A program made the position numbers and the translations under genes. Positions 63,299 through 64,000 of a stretch of DNA of 64,000 bases are shown in pieces (within the stretch, counting starts at the first letter, position 1; each line of letters opens with the position of its first letter). Source of the DNA: Sphagnum compactum (Eukaryota); the NCBI GenBank assembly GCA_965153455.1, contig OZ234494.1, positions 10,106,001-10,170,000 on the forward strand, given 5' to 3'. The notes under the pieces are model-generated. The model was not told the DNA's origin. It worked only from the letters and a program-made list of their open reading frames with translations, and ran no database searches.

Positions 63299-64000
63299 TG
63301 TTAACAAATAGGAGATCTACTCAAGTGCAAACATAAAAAATTTATTGAAAAGAAACTATAACACGATGCTCACAACACAAAACACAACATCAAGAACTCC
63401 TCAAGGTTCTTGTCACAAGAAATACACAAACTTGTGTAATGAAGAAAAAAGAGCCAAACCATCAACACCAAGGTATTTAACTACAAAACCACACCACAAA
63501 TAACCAAACTAAAATAAGTAAAGAAAGTAGTTCAACCTTGTGAAAGTAACCTAGTTATTTTCTTACTCTAGTAACTAAAGAAACCTAACTAGTTGAGCTT
63601 GAATTCTCAACACTCCCCCTCAAGCTCAAATCCACTTCTAGTACACCAAGCATTTTTCGAAACTTCTTTAGCTTGTCTGTACCTAAAGCCTTTGTGAAAA
63701 TGTCAGCAACTTGATCTTCGGTACTGACATGAATAAGGTCAATTCTTTTGCTAGAACTTTTTCTCTAATAAAGTGGTAGTGCACCTCAATGTGCTTTGTC
63801 CTAGCATGATAAACCGGGTTGTTAGCAAGTAGTATGCTACTAATGTTATCACAATAGATGACAACAGGAGCATCCACTGACTGTCCCAAATCTGAAAGTA
63901 GTTTTTGTAACCAAACTACTTCACACGCAGCAATTGCTGCACCTCTGTATTCTGCCTCCGTGCTTGATAATGCAACTGTTGGTTGTTTCTTACTGCTCCA
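63299..64000 (-). mobile_element. Ty1/Copia 3' end: RNase H, PPT and 3' LTR (63299-63612)
   Basis: Minus strand KKQPTVALSSTEAEY...IYCDNISSI...PVYHARTKHIEVHYHFIRE. PPT GAGGGGGAG precedes TGTTGAG at 63612, and the LTR ends ...TTAACA at 63299. Confidence 0.93.

Overview
AT-rich, intron-containing eukaryotic DNA, most likely from a bryophyte. A flagellar central-pair gene and the repeat landscape suggest a moss such as Sphagnum, but this is an inference. Four host genes are recognisable: an intronless calmodulin-like EF-hand gene (5445-6020, -), a 3-exon PP2C phosphatase (17780-19266, +), a CFAP119/CCDC189-like flagellar gene (22253-25654, +) and a TIM10 gene with two anomalous splice donors (27057-29445, +). 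The rest is mostly decayed transposons (Helitron, hAT, CACTA-like ends, MITEs, solo LTRs, Copia). The main feature is a ~10 kb Ty3/Gypsy retrotransposon at 43399-53380. Its decayed polyprotein reads gag - protease - DNMT3-like C5 cytosine methyltransferase - RT - RNase H - DDE integrase - PHD finger. Instead of two ordinary LTRs it has split direct repeats (A...B-A-B) and a 4-bp TSD (GCTT). It also has a near-palindromic abutted-end junction CACGACA-GC-TGTCATG inside the LTR, an apparent 2-LTR-circle junction, and a primer-binding site complementary to its own predicted transcript 5' end rather than to a tRNA. An older, diverged relative (31600-37600 and 42850-43200) also has the methyltransferase and a B-A-B end. 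This suggests a family-level replication and integration route through a circular intermediate.
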